Shown piece by piece: positions 15,612 through 25,371 of a stretch of 49,606 bases of DNA. Origin of the DNA: an uncultured Vicinamibacteraceae bacterium. Lineage in GTDB: Bacteria; Acidobacteriota; Vicinamibacteria; Vicinamibacterales; UBA8438. The notes under the pieces were generated by a model. It saw nothing but the letters and a program-made list of their open reading frames with translations, was not told where the DNA came from and made no database searches. Each line of letters starts with the position of its first letter. Within the stretch, counting starts at the first letter, position 1. A program made the translations under genes and the position numbers. The stretch covers positions 1 to 49,606 of the forward strand of contig CAZWIL010000002.1 in assembly GCA_964634175.1 (NCBI GenBank), given 5' to 3'.

Positions 15612-16175
15612 CTAACCGCTCACGAGGGCTTGCGAGAGGGCAGCAAGTTTCTCGTCGTTAGCCGGGCCAGTGCTACGCCACGCGATCACCCCATCGGCGT
15701 TGAGCAGCAGTAGGTGGACGTCACTCGTATCCGGAATCGACAGCGCGGTGTTGAACTGCTCGCGGTCGACGTAGATCGTTACTGTGCGCCGCCGGGCGAC
15801 CTGGTCAGTGATTCCAGCGCGCATCCCATTATTGAGCCAGAGGCGAAATAGGGTGGAACCCTCGTAGATGGTTGGCACCTCGTAGAGACGGAGTTCGGGG
15901 TCTTGTGCGAGAAGCGGTTCCACGCCAACGATCCATGTATCTACGACGGGCTGATGTTCGCGTTCGAACGCTACGGCCACCAAGTTTCTGCGACCAGCTA
16001 GACCGGTCGGTAATGAGATCTCCCTGCCCTCTAGATCGATCCCAACAACCTCTGGAAACCTCACTCCCGCCACGCCGCTGGACTGTACCGGAGAGTTAAT
16101 GCCCGCCGGGATACAGCCCGTAAGGGTCAGTGCACCAAGAAGACTACCGACGACGCGTAAAATGATTGACTGCAT
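15612..16175 (-). CDS. Hypothetical lipoprotein
   Basis: 187 aa. Lipobox LTLTGC. AGGAG lies 5 nt upstream of the ATG. No catalytic motif recognised. The thioredoxin-fold-like strand pattern is only a guess. Confidence 0.55.
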   Translation of the reverse strand: MQSIILRVVGSLLGALTLTGCIPAGINSPVQSSGVAGVRFPEVVGIDLEGREISLPTGLAGRRNLVAVAFEREHQPVVDTWIVGVEPLLAQDPELRLYEVPTIYEGSTLFRLWLNNGMRAGITDQVARRRTVTIYVDREQFNTALSIPDTSDVHLLLLNADGVIAWRSTGPANDEKLAALSQALVSG

Positions 16176-16441
16176 CTTGACTCCTGTTGTTATTTAACTA
16201 TAGTGAACATTAATTTAATTATTAAGAACTCGTCAACATGCCTGTTGCTTCCTGAGACAAGAACGGGAGGCTTTTCGACTCAGACTAAAAACGGTGTGAG
16301 GGTGCAGGAGAGAAGCCAGTCGGTTGGATTATTTCTCCAGAATCGACTGCACTTTCCAATGTGGTGATGTTTCTCAGTTGGACACTCTTCAAAAGTCTGA
16401 GTTAGCCTGTCTTGACCGAGTCCCAACTTCAAATCTAAGTC

Positions 16442-17677
16442 ATGGCACAGTGCAACCAAATTGGGTTCAGGCTGGTCGGCCGCCTCATCTGTGGCGTTAC
16501 AGTCAGCTTGGCAGGCTTACTCGTTGTTATCCCACATGAAAACTCAACCATGTGGCAACTGAGCCTGCTCTTGTCGGAGTGGGGCCACTGGCTGGGGCTA
16601 TTGAGTGTGCTCTTGCTTGTTCAATGGCGGCGGTCGTGGGTTCACGCCACCGCGGCAACTTTGACTGCCGCCGGAATTGCCATGCTGTTTTCACCACTGA
16701 CCAGCGCCTATCGCACGACACAAGCGCTGACCAGTACACTCGACGACGCTTTTGGAACTCCGATTTCGACATCCAGCACAAATGCGCCACCCCGTCCTCG
16801 GCCAATCGTTCTCGCAGATCTTTTTTTCGGCGTGTCTACCGAAGACGTTTTAGTCGACGAACACGTGTACGCTGTCAGTGGCGGTGAAAATTTGACCCTC
16901 GATCTCTATAGACCCTTGGTCGGGCTCGAACCGAGGCCAGTGGTTATAGTGATCCACGGCGGAGGATGGACCGCTGGTACAAAACGAGAACTACCGAAAC
17001 TAAATCGATATCTTGCTGCCCGGGGCTACGTTGTTGCCAGTATCGATTATCGTCTCTCACCACGGTGGCGTTTTCCCGTGCCTCAGGAAGATCTGCGCGA
17101 CGCCATCGATTATGTCAAAACGCTGGAAACCACTCACAACATCGATCCTGATCGATTTGCCCTGCTCGGTCGGTCAGCAGGTGGTCAGATTGCGCTCTTG
17201 GAAGGATATTTATCTACTGACCCTTCGATTCGAGGTGTCATTTCACTGTATGGCCCGACTGCAATGCGATGGGGCTACCACTACCCTGCGAAACGGCACG
17301 TCGTGGATTCAACAGCCAGACTCATTGACTACCTAGGCGGTCCACCAAGCACCCATGGCGCACAGTACGACGACGCCGAACCCGCTCGATTTGTGACTCA
17401 GCAATCTCCACCGACCCTTTTCATCCAAGGGCTCAGAGATGAACACGTCGTCCCGTTTCACGTTGATCATGTCAGTGCTCGTCTCATTGACCATAGTGTG
17501 CCGCATGTCATCGTTCGAATGCCGTGGGCTACGCACGGATGCGACTATGTGTTCAGTGGACCTTGCGGGCAGATCTCGACATTCGCCATCGAACGATTCC
17601 TTGGGGCCATCTTACGTGCGCCAAGTAACTCACAAACAAAAGACTCTCCTACGACTGGTAAAGTACTCGTTGAGTAA
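16442..17677 (+). CDS. Alpha/beta hydrolase (esterase/lipase, HGGG type) with an N-terminal membrane-spanning region
   Basis: VVIVIHGGGW oxyanion motif, GRSAGG nucleophile elbow, and a downstream Asp/His region (GLRDEHV, ATHGCD). The first ~90 aa are hydrophobic helices. The start is uncertain. Confidence 0.75.
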   Translation: MAQCNQIGFRLVGRLICGVTVSLAGLLVVIPHENSTMWQLSLLLSEWGHWLGLLSVLLLVQWRRSWVHATAATLTAAGIAMLFSPLTSAYRTTQALTSTLDDAFGTPISTSSTNAPPRPRPIVLADLFFGVSTEDVLVDEHVYAVSGGENLTLDLYRPLVGLEPRPVVIVIHGGGWTAGTKRELPKLNRYLAARGYVVASIDYRLSPRWRFPVPQEDLRDAIDYVKTLETTHNIDPDRFALLGRSAGGQIALLEGYLSTDPSIRGVISLYGPTAMRWGYHYPAKRHVVDSTARLIDYLGGPPSTHGAQYDDAEPARFVTQQSPPTLFIQGLRDEHVVPFHVDHVSARLIDHSVPHVIVRMPWATHGCDYVFSGPCGQISTFAIERFLGAILRAPSNSQTKDSPTTGKVLVE

Positions 17678-17700
17678 CCACCACTAGCTGATTACGAACT

Positions 17701-19095
17701 ATGAGTCTTCATCTAATCGTGCTGCTGTCCTACTCCGGCCTCTTAATGGGACTTGGTGTATGGCTGGGGCGACGTGTCGATAGCTCAGACGGGTTTTTTG
17801 TCGCGGGCCGCCGACTCAGTCCTCTGCTTCTGTTCTCTACCCTGTTGGCAGCAAACATCGGAGCTGGCTCAACTGTCGGTGCCGCCGGCCTTGGGTACCG
17901 AGATGGACTCAGTGCCTGGTGGTGGGTCGGGTCGGCCGGTTTTGGATCACTCATCCTCGCGTTCTGGATCGGACCTCGATTACGCAAACTGGCTAAACTC
18001 CACAACCTTCGAACCTTGGGCGACTTTCTTGAATATCGGTACGGCAAGAGTGTCCGGATTGCCATCGGAATTCTGTTGTGGTTCGGCACGCTTGCAATTC
18101 TGGCAGGTCAGTTAATCGCGATCGCCTGGGTTCTGAATGTAATTACCGGCCTAGAGCACTGGATGGGGTGCATTGTTGGTGGGGTCGTTGTTACGGTCTA
18201 CTTCTCTTCGGGTGGTCTACTAACGACTGTTTGGATCAACCTTCTGCAGTTGGTTCTACTGCTCATTGGCTTTGTTGTGGTTTTCCCACTTGCTCTTATT
18301 GCAGTTGACGGCTGGACTCCAGTCGTTACGACGACTCAACACATCGAGGGTTATTGGAACGTTTGGCAAGGTGGAGGTTCCGGCTGGTTTTATCTTGCGA
18401 TGTTGGGCCCTGCGTTTGTCGTGTCGCCGGGACTACTCCAGAAAGTGTACGGCGCCAGGGACGACCGGACCGTTCGTATTGGTGTTGGTTTGAATGCTGT
18501 CGCACTGCTTGTCTTTGCGGTCATTCCACCGTTGCTCGGTATGATGGCCCGCACCGCATTCCCAGATCTTCAAGATTATGATTTGGCCCTACCCACACTT
18601 CTGATGGACAGTCTCCCACCGCTGGTCGGTGCTCTAGGCCTCGCCGCACTATTTTCAGCAGAGGTTAGTTCAGCCGATGCGATTCTCTTCATGCTCTCCA
18701 CTTCACTCTCACAAGACCTCTATAAAGGCTTTGCACGCCCTACGGCGTCGGACACCGAAGTTCTATCAGTTGCCAGGTGGGCGGCGATTGTTAGCGGTGT
18801 CCTTGGTACCATTGTGGCAATTCTCTCTGAGTCAATCGCCGGAGCACTCTCGTTCTTCTACACCTTGTTAACGGTCAGTCTCTTTGTCCCAGTCATTGGT
18901 GGACTATATCTACGACGTTTCTCTTCCACAGAAGCCTTGGCGTCCATCGCGGGCGGGATCGGCTTAACTGTGCTTGTTCAACTGAATCGAGGAGAACAAG
19001 GTCTGGCTGGATTTACACCAGCCATGTGTGGACTGGTTGGTGCGGGATTGGCCTGGTTCATTGCGTCGCGTTTCAAGACGCAACCAGTGTCCTGA
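17701..19095 (+). CDS. Sodium:solute symporter (SSS) family transporter
   Basis: 464 aa and polytopic. FFVAGRRLSP...ANIGAGSTVGAAGLGY is typical of the SSS N-terminal signature. Confidence 0.8.
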   Translation: MSLHLIVLLSYSGLLMGLGVWLGRRVDSSDGFFVAGRRLSPLLLFSTLLAANIGAGSTVGAAGLGYRDGLSAWWWVGSAGFGSLILAFWIGPRLRKLAKLHNLRTLGDFLEYRYGKSVRIAIGILLWFGTLAILAGQLIAIAWVLNVITGLEHWMGCIVGGVVVTVYFSSGGLLTTVWINLLQLVLLLIGFVVVFPLALIAVDGWTPVVTTTQHIEGYWNVWQGGGSGWFYLAMLGPAFVVSPGLLQKVYGARDDRTVRIGVGLNAVALLVFAVIPPLLGMMARTAFPDLQDYDLALPTLLMDSLPPLVGALGLAALFSAEVSSADAILFMLSTSLSQDLYKGFARPTASDTEVLSVARWAAIVSGVLGTIVAILSESIAGALSFFYTLLTVSLFVPVIGGLYLRRFSSTEALASIAGGIGLTVLVQLNRGEQGLAGFTPAMCGLVGAGLAWFIASRFKTQPVS

Positions 19096-19738
19096 TTCGT
19101 TGTGCCAGTTGGCGAACGGCCGGGGGAATATCCTGCCGACGTATATCACCTGCCGCAGCATAAACGTCCAACCGGTCAAGCTCAGCGGCCAGTCGCACTG
19201 CGAACTCGTCTTGGTCTCTGTCAGCGGCCTCAACTAGACCACTATTCGGAGGACAGGCTCGTACTTCAATATTCTCGAACTGCTGCGCAAAAGTCGCCAC
19301 ACATCGTCGCATGGCAAAGCCCTTGGCCACCAGGATCGCCGTCTGGGGCATTTGATGGCTGCGCTGCAGTACTTCAATCCCCAATCGAACATTTTCGAGT
19401 GTATTCGCAGCGACCGTCTCAGTCAGAATCGCTGACTCAGGAACACCTTTCGATACTAAATAATCTTGAAATACTAAAGCCTCAGGCTTTTCGAATACCC
19501 CTCGGGTCATCCGTCCATAGCTCCCAGTGACAAGCACCCGTGAGGCATAACGGTCGTGATACAGCGACGCAGCTTGGGCCGCCACAGCCAAATCCTGGCT
19601 CCCAAACACAAAGATGACATCGGATGGCCCCGGTGTATCGGCGAGAACCAAATAGTCCCACAATGGTTGAACTAGGCGCCAGAGGTCGTCATTAGACGAC
19701 AGGCTGGCCTCAGTGCGCGGTCTATCGTTCAAGGGCAA
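19073..19738 (-). CDS. DUF218 (YdcF/ElyC-like) domain protein
   Basis: VIFVFGSQD...VLVTGSYG...TVAANTLENV...ILVAKGFAMRRC fits the DUF218 pattern. The only ATG starts (19825, 19774) overlap the upstream PQQ dehydrogenase gene by 104 and 53 nt. TTG codons at 19738 and 19732 would give 17- and 11-nt overlaps. The start is therefore uncertain. The 3' end overlaps the convergent SSS gene by 23 nt. Confidence 0.65.
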   Translation of the reverse strand: MPLNDRPRTEASLSSNDDLWRLVQPLWDYLVLADTPGPSDVIFVFGSQDLAVAAQAASLYHDRYASRVLVTGSYGRMTRGVFEKPEALVFQDYLVSKGVPESAILTETVAANTLENVRLGIEVLQRSHQMPQTAILVAKGFAMRRCVATFAQQFENIEVRACPPNSGLVEAADRDQDEFAVRLAAELDRLDVYAAAGDIRRQDIPPAVRQLAQRIRTLVAS

Positions 19739-21356
19739 ATACGAAGAGTCCGTTCCCAGCAGCCACGGCCACATACTGTCTGCCGTCGACAGCATAGGTA
19801 ATTGGACCATTCGCAATCTGGCCACCTAAACTTCTCTTCCAGAGCAACGCACCCGACCCGGCATCGAGTGCTTGAAAGTGCCCTTCCCGTCCACCGCTAA
19901 ACAAAAGATTTGAGCTGGTGGTCAGGATCCCACTTGTCGTGACGTCGGTCATCTCAAATCGCCAACGCTCTTCACCATTACTGGGATCGATCGCGATCAC
20001 CGCACCACGCCCGGCCGCTTCCGTCCAATTATTCACCGGACCACGGCCAAGCGGCGGCATTTCACCGAGGTCCACGGTCCCCCCGCCAAAGTTCTGACCC
20101 GGCTGATACACCGATTCGGCGGGTGTGAAGACCGTGCCATAGCCCTCCCACGTCGGAACATAAAAGAGTCGTGTGCTCGGGCTGTAGGACGGCGAATACC
20201 AGTTTGTCCCACCCGAGACACCGGGATAAGTAACGGCCCCAGGCGGCTGCGGTGTCTGGACCGGACGTCCGTTGTCGTCAAGTCCGTCAGCCCAGTTAAC
20301 GTCAACAAATGGTTGACCATTGATAAATCGACCGGTCTCTCGGTTGAGCACGTAGAAAAATCCGTTCCGATTAGCCCACAGCATGAGCTTGAGCGTACTT
20401 CCATCATTTGCCGGATAGTCGACAAGGACCGGTATCTGTACCGAATCGTAGTCGTATGGATCGTTAGGCGTGAACTGGAAATGCCACTTGAGCTCACCAG
20501 AGTCCGCATCCAGCGCCACCACAGAATCGGAATAAAGATTGTCACCCAACCGCTGAGCCGGGTTGAAATCTGGACCAGGGTTTCCGGTGCCCCAGTAGAT
20601 AAGGTTGAGGTCACTGTCATACGACCCGGTCAGCCAAGTCGCACTGCCGCCGTGCTCCCAAGCGTCGCTGTCGCTTGGCCACGTGTCATGACCTGGCTCT
20701 CCCGGTCCTGGAATGGTATGAAAACGCCATGCTTCGTCGCCGCTTTCAGCGTAATACGCAGCAATGAATCCCCGGATACCATATTCGCCACCAGCCACTC
20801 CAACGACGATTTTATCCTTCACTACAAGCGGCGCCAACGTCATGGCATACCCAATAGCCGGGTCCGCGACCAACGTCTTCCAAATGGGTCGTCCCGTGAC
20901 CGAATCGATCGCAATCAGCTGCGCATCGATGGTCGCCATAAAAAGCGTCTCACCAAGAATCGCCAAACCGCGATTAACGCGACCGCAGCAGGGTCGAGAC
21001 TCCAGTGACGGAACGTGTTCATAGATCCAGAAGACCCGTCCCGTCCTCGCATCCAGAGCAACCACGGTATTTGGTGCTTCGGTGAGATACATGATTCCAT
21101 CGACAACGAGCGGAGTCGTCTCGAACACCTGAAGTGACTGTGCCTGAAAGACCCACTCCAGCTCTAGCTCACTGACGTTCTCTGGGGTGACCTGTTCAAG
21201 TCGGCTGTGTCGTTCGCCAGAATTGGTTCCGGAATACGTCAACCAATTCTGTGGTTCTTGATCGGCCGCAAGTAGCCGTTCGAAGGTCACCTGCGCGGTA
21301 ACGTCAGAAAGGCATGCAACGGCGAGACTAAGTGCGACAAGCGTAGTTCGAACCAT
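19722..21356 (-). CDS. PQQ-dependent alcohol dehydrogenase, methanol/ethanol family, copy 2
   Basis: 544 aa and collinear with copy 1. Roughly three quarters of aligned residues are identical by eye, while third codon positions differ widely. SRPCCGRVNRGL vicinal Cys pair. Active-site stretch NDPYDYDSVQ. Confidence 0.9.
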   Translation of the reverse strand: MVRTTLVALSLAVACLSDVTAQVTFERLLAADQEPQNWLTYSGTNSGERHSRLEQVTPENVSELELEWVFQAQSLQVFETTPLVVDGIMYLTEAPNTVVALDARTGRVFWIYEHVPSLESRPCCGRVNRGLAILGETLFMATIDAQLIAIDSVTGRPIWKTLVADPAIGYAMTLAPLVVKDKIVVGVAGGEYGIRGFIAAYYAESGDEAWRFHTIPGPGEPGHDTWPSDSDAWEHGGSATWLTGSYDSDLNLIYWGTGNPGPDFNPAQRLGDNLYSDSVVALDADSGELKWHFQFTPNDPYDYDSVQIPVLVDYPANDGSTLKLMLWANRNGFFYVLNRETGRFINGQPFVDVNWADGLDDNGRPVQTPQPPGAVTYPGVSGGTNWYSPSYSPSTRLFYVPTWEGYGTVFTPAESVYQPGQNFGGGTVDLGEMPPLGRGPVNNWTEAAGRGAVIAIDPSNGEERWRFEMTDVTTSGILTTSSNLLFSGGREGHFQALDAGSGALLWKRSLGGQIANGPITYAVDGRQYVAVAAGNGLFVFALER

Positions 21357-21360
21357 GACG

Positions 21361-22155
21361 TTACATCCCTTTCAGCATCAACAAGTACGCGAGCACGTCT
21401 GCCCGTTCCTCTGCGGTAAGTGTTTCTTCGTAGGATGGCATCGGTGACGTGGTCAAGATGGTAAATTCACGAAGATCAGCTTTATCCAGTGACACTAGGC
21501 GCTCGTTGGCGTCGACAAGTTGGATGCTGTAGGTATCTTCGTTTAACCGACGCCCCTGGATAATGGTTCCGTCCCGCGTAACGAGTCGGACTGGTCGGTT
21601 GGTCGGTCGCATCGCCGCTGTCGGGTCAAGTAGTACCTGTTCGAGTGACCCGGCACTCCGGGTAGTTCCGATGGCACTCAGATCGGGTGCCGCTCTGGGG
21701 CCAACACCATTAACACGATGGCAGCTGGAGCACTCACCTTTACCTCTGAACAATTCTTCGCCGCGACCGGCATCACCGAGCGCCACACTGTCAAGGTCGT
21801 AGGTGGCCATGTTACGAAGATAGGCGACTAGTCCAGCTAATTCTGATTGTGTAAAGCTAGCCGGCGGCATCGCCGTTCCTGGAATGCCGGTGGTAATAAG
21901 TCTCGTGATCTCGGAATCCGTCGCCACGCGGCGAAACTGGCCGTCGCGCAAATTCACACCGACGACCATGTCTCCAGCAATGCCATGGCACCGGGTACAG
22001 TTCGCTTCATACAGTTGAGCTCCGTGCTCCACATCAGCTCGCAAATACTGTCCCACGTGGTCTTGTGCATCGACCTGGCCGCACACCCCAACCAGTAATA
22101 GCAGTAGCGACACACTCACCCTACGAGCGAGTCGATAGAAACGAGAGTTCTTCAT
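21361..22155 (-). CDS. Di-haem c-type cytochrome, copy 2
   Basis: 264 aa with a signal peptide. CTRCHG and CSSCHR. Same PVC-type C-terminal module (SPMPSY...ADVLAYLLMLKG). GGAGAG SD lies upstream. Same gene order as copy 1 (cytochrome then dehydrogenase, 4-nt gap). Confidence 0.85.
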   Translation of the reverse strand: MKNSRFYRLARRVSVSLLLLLVGVCGQVDAQDHVGQYLRADVEHGAQLYEANCTRCHGIAGDMVVGVNLRDGQFRRVATDSEITRLITTGIPGTAMPPASFTQSELAGLVAYLRNMATYDLDSVALGDAGRGEELFRGKGECSSCHRVNGVGPRAAPDLSAIGTTRSAGSLEQVLLDPTAAMRPTNRPVRLVTRDGTIIQGRRLNEDTYSIQLVDANERLVSLDKADLREFTILTTSPMPSYEETLTAEERADVLAYLLMLKGM

Positions 22156-22313
22156 AAGGCTCTCCGACCCTTCAGTGTTGCAACGTCTAGTTTCCAGCTC
22201 CCCAGACTTGCGTTCGACGGGTATCTTTTTATGAACACCATTGTACTCGTCTCTCGGGCATTGGCCTCAGGTCGTCGCTATTTTATCAACCAAAACCCCT
22301 CCCGTATGAACGG

Positions 22314-22322
22314 TGCTATTAT
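22314..22322 (+). promoter_or_regulatory. Candidate extended -10 (TGcTATTAT), 9 nt upstream of GTG 22332
   Basis: ggTGcTATTATcgatcgcacGTG. No SD. Leaderless-type arrangement for the amidase gene. Confidence 0.3.
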
Positions 22323-22331
22323 CGATCGCAC

Positions 22332-23951
22332 GTGCGGTTTAATTTCAGTATCTATGACCCGCGCTGTGCCTTCCAAGTGCCGCGCGTAGGCCTATTGTTA
22401 TTTGCCCTGTCCGTCGTGCTATTCCAAACCGCGACGTTATCGGCGCAGTCAACGTCTGCCTCGCTCTCAATAATTTCTTCAGATGGCCGTCGCGACATTC
22501 GTCCCATCGGCACAGAACCAGCTGAGATGCTTGCTCTGGATGAACTGGCTGAGATTTTCAATTTCCAAATCGACGACTCGGGGAACGGAACAGCAAACAT
22601 TACCTATGGTAGTGACGTCATTCTGCTGACCTCTGACCAACAGGTTATTTCGGTAGCAGGCCGTCTCACGTCGCTCAGGGTTGGACCGAAACAGACCGAG
22701 AATGGTTGGATCGTACCCCTTGAGTTTCTCAATCGCGCCGTAGCGCCACTTCTCGGTGAACGTATTGAGGTGCGTAGACTATCGCGATTGATCTTGGTCG
22801 GTGACGTGGTTGTTCCACGGGTTAGTGGTCGGTACCGTCGGCAAAATGATGGGGAAAACATCGTGCTTGAGGTAATTCCCAGGACTCCGTACACGGTCAA
22901 CCAAGAAAATGCCCAATTAGTTATTGTCTTCGAAGCCGATGCACTCGATGTTGAACAACTGTCCGACCTGAGTGGAGACTTGGTTGCAGGGATAAGTCAG
23001 AATCCATCGTCGGTGAGTCTCGTAGTAAATCTCGAACCTGCGTTTGATGCATTCACCGTTTCGAATCGTTCGATCCGCAACGACGGTGACGAAATCAATA
23101 TCGCGATGACAAGTTCCCGTATCGCGACCGTAGATCCCCCACCTCGAGCGTTACCACCAAACCCAGTATCTTCGGCCAACGTCGACCCATTGCCGGATCT
23201 GACCACCTCCCCTACGGTTCGGGTTGTCGCAATCGATGCCGGGCACGGTGGAAGCGATACGGGCACCAATAGCGAAGCTGGGACACTTGAGAAAGACGTG
23301 ACGCTGAGCGTTGCAAGACGACTTCGCGATGCGATCCAGAACCAGTTGGGGCTCCGTGTAGTTCTCACTCGTGCTGGTGACAACCTTGTGCCCATTGATG
23401 CGAGAGCCGAAGTAGCCAACAACAATAAGGCAGACATTTTTATCAGCTTGCATGTCAATGCCTCCATTCGTCCGTCGGTCAATGGCGCCGAAGTGTTCTA
23501 TCTCAGCATGGACGAGTACGACGAAGAGGCCCGTGCTCGAGAAGAACGAGATGTCCAACTGGTTCCGGTCATAGGCGGAGGCATGCGAGAAATCGATCTC
23601 GTTGAATGGGACATGGCTCAGGTAACCTATCTCGGTCGGTCCGCACGACTCGCGGACATTGTGCACGAAGAGTTAAGTCGACGCGTGCCTATGAGCAGCA
23701 GAGACGTTCAGCAGGCACCGCTCCGGGTTCTCGTTGGGGCAAATATGCCAGCCGTACTTATCGAAATGGGTTTTGTTTCGAATGAAACCGATGAAGAACG
23801 CCTCCAGACAACGAGGTTTCAAAACGCCGTTGTTGAGGCCTTAGTCGATAGCATTCTCCGGTTTCGGAGTTACGTCGAGTTGGTCGGATATCCCGTCGCC
23901 AATACCGAGGACGACAACGAATCAGGTGACTCACGGGTACGCAACCAGTGA
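22332..23951 (+). CDS. N-acetylmuramoyl-L-alanine amidase (Amidase_3) with N-terminal AMIN-like domains
   Basis: C-terminal VVAIDAGHGGSDTG...DIFISLHVNA...AEVFYLS...PAVLIEMGFVSN matches the AmiA/B/C catalytic domain. GTG start. Confidence 0.85.
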   Translation: MRFNFSIYDPRCAFQVPRVGLLLFALSVVLFQTATLSAQSTSASLSIISSDGRRDIRPIGTEPAEMLALDELAEIFNFQIDDSGNGTANITYGSDVILLTSDQQVISVAGRLTSLRVGPKQTENGWIVPLEFLNRAVAPLLGERIEVRRLSRLILVGDVVVPRVSGRYRRQNDGENIVLEVIPRTPYTVNQENAQLVIVFEADALDVEQLSDLSGDLVAGISQNPSSVSLVVNLEPAFDAFTVSNRSIRNDGDEINIAMTSSRIATVDPPPRALPPNPVSSANVDPLPDLTTSPTVRVVAIDAGHGGSDTGTNSEAGTLEKDVTLSVARRLRDAIQNQLGLRVVLTRAGDNLVPIDARAEVANNNKADIFISLHVNASIRPSVNGAEVFYLSMDEYDEEARAREERDVQLVPVIGGGMREIDLVEWDMAQVTYLGRSARLADIVHEELSRRVPMSSRDVQQAPLRVLVGANMPAVLIEMGFVSNETDEERLQTTRFQNAVVEALVDSILRFRSYVELVGYPVANTEDDNESGDSRVRNQ

Positions 23952-24595
23952 CCTTACTAGACGCCCTGCCTCCCGAACCGAACCCACCCAAACGAAAAAC
24001 TCTTGTGTTTGGAATCATCGGCATCACAATCGTGGGCATTAGTTTATTCGTCATCGGACTACGTCAAGGTGCCGACGGGTCACCAGAGGTTCCGGTAGAT
24101 CAGAATGACGTCGCCGATGTCTCAACCGGAATCGCCACACTATTCTTCGTCGCTGACGACGGCATGTCCCTGGTCGAACATCACCAACCGTTAGATGGGG
24201 GAAACAGAGCCGACACTACGGACCATGCACGAGTCGTACTGGAACATCAGTTGAGTGACGCCCCTCCGCCACTGCAATCTCCATTTCCAGAAGGAACAGC
24301 ACTTCGGGCTGTTTACCTCAGCCCCGATGGCGATGCGTTTATCGACCTCAACCGAGCAATAACACGGGGGCACGGTGGCGGATCGCTTGATGAATTGTTT
24401 ACAGTCTATGCCCTGGTCAACGCACTTACGACGAATCTACCGGGGGTTTCGGCTGTTCAGATTCTGATTAACGGGCAAGAAGTAGACACATTAGCTGGGC
24501 ATATCGATCTCCGACGTCCACTCGAACAAAATATGGAATGGGTTTCTGGTTACACTCAGAACTCAGAGTCCGAATCAACTTCTACAGGAGGATAA
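23948..24595 (+). CDS. GerMN domain-containing protein
   Basis: TM anchor, then [46 protein letters not shown], which is the GerMN pattern. Overlaps the amidase stop by 4 nt. Confidence 0.7.
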   Translation: MTLLDALPPEPNPPKRKTLVFGIIGITIVGISLFVIGLRQGADGSPEVPVDQNDVADVSTGIATLFFVADDGMSLVEHHQPLDGGNRADTTDHARVVLEHQLSDAPPPLQSPFPEGTALRAVYLSPDGDAFIDLNRAITRGHGGGSLDELFTVYALVNALTTNLPGVSAVQILINGQEVDTLAGHIDLRRPLEQNMEWVSGYTQNSESESTSTGG

Positions 24596-25371
24596 TGTCA
24601 GTCTTGAATTCAACCGATAGCCAATTACGGTCTGATAATCGAAAGCCAAACCAACTTCGTCCTACTCGTCTGACACCCCACTGGGCAATGCATGCCGAGG
24701 GGTCGGTTCTGGTGGAGGCAGGCTCAACGAAAGTCCTCTGCACTGCCAGTGTCGAAGACCGTGTTCCAACGTTTCTCCGTGGGACCGGAAAGGGCTGGAT
24801 TACATCTGAGTATGGAATGTTGCCAAGAGCCACTTCCACCAGAACCGTCCGCGAAGCCGCTCGTGGGCGCCTGAGTGGCCGCACACAAGAAATTCAGAGA
24901 CTGATCGGTCGTTCCCTACGTGCAGTCACCCAACTCAAAAAGCTCGGCGAACGGACTGTCTGGATTGATTGCGACGTACTGCAAGCGGACGGAGGCACAC
25001 GCACCGCGTCGATTACTGGTGGTTTCGTGGCCTTAGTACTTGCACTCGAACGCTTACGAGACGCCGGGAAGATCGGTGCACTACCGATCGACGACTACGT
25101 CGCGGCGATTAGTGTCGGGATTGTCGACGGACACCCGCTCGCCGACCTTGCCTATGAAGAAGACTCGCGCGCCGACGTGGACATGAACGTTGTGAAGACT
25201 GGCAATGGTCGCTTCATCGAAGTCCAAGGTACCGCTGAAGGAGCGCCTTTTGGACAAGACGCTCTGACACAGTTGCTCGACCTAGCCGGCAATAGCATCA
25301 ATCATCTCGTCAGTCTGCAGCGAGACATTATTGGTTCAGCACTGGTTCATCTGACTAGTCCAACATCGTGA
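24595..25371 (+). CDS. rph: Ribonuclease PH
   Basis: [42 protein letters not shown]...[19 protein letters not shown]...[18 protein letters not shown]. Start taken at ATG 24595, which forms TAATG with the upstream stop, preceded by AGGAGG. The track start 24538 is an in-frame extension. Confidence 0.92.
   Translation: MSVLNSTDSQLRSDNRKPNQLRPTRLTPHWAMHAEGSVLVEAGSTKVLCTASVEDRVPTFLRGTGKGWITSEYGMLPRATSTRTVREAARGRLSGRTQEIQRLIGRSLRAVTQLKKLGERTVWIDCDVLQADGGTRTASITGGFVALVLALERLRDAGKIGALPIDDYVAAISVGIVDGHPLADLAYEEDSRADVDMNVVKTGNGRFIEVQGTAEGAPFGQDALTQLLDLAGNSINHLVSLQRDIIGSALVHLTSPTS

Noticed and set aside
16193-16220. AT-rich TTTAACT-ata-GTGAACA-ttaa-TTTAATT as a fifth Pho box
   Set aside because: The repeat spacing is 10 then 11 bp, and the repeats are degenerate. 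The site lies more than 220 nt from the + strand gene. On the minus strand the same stretch supplies a plausible ordinary promoter (TATAGT, 16202..16197) for the lipoprotein gene. It is too ambiguous to call.
3569-22155. The two inverted cytochrome c/PQQ-ADH cassettes as ends of a composite transposon or genomic island
   Set aside because: No transposase, integrase, tRNA target or terminal nucleotide repeats are visible. The cassettes are diverged at most synonymous positions, so they are old paralogues rather than mobile-element arms.
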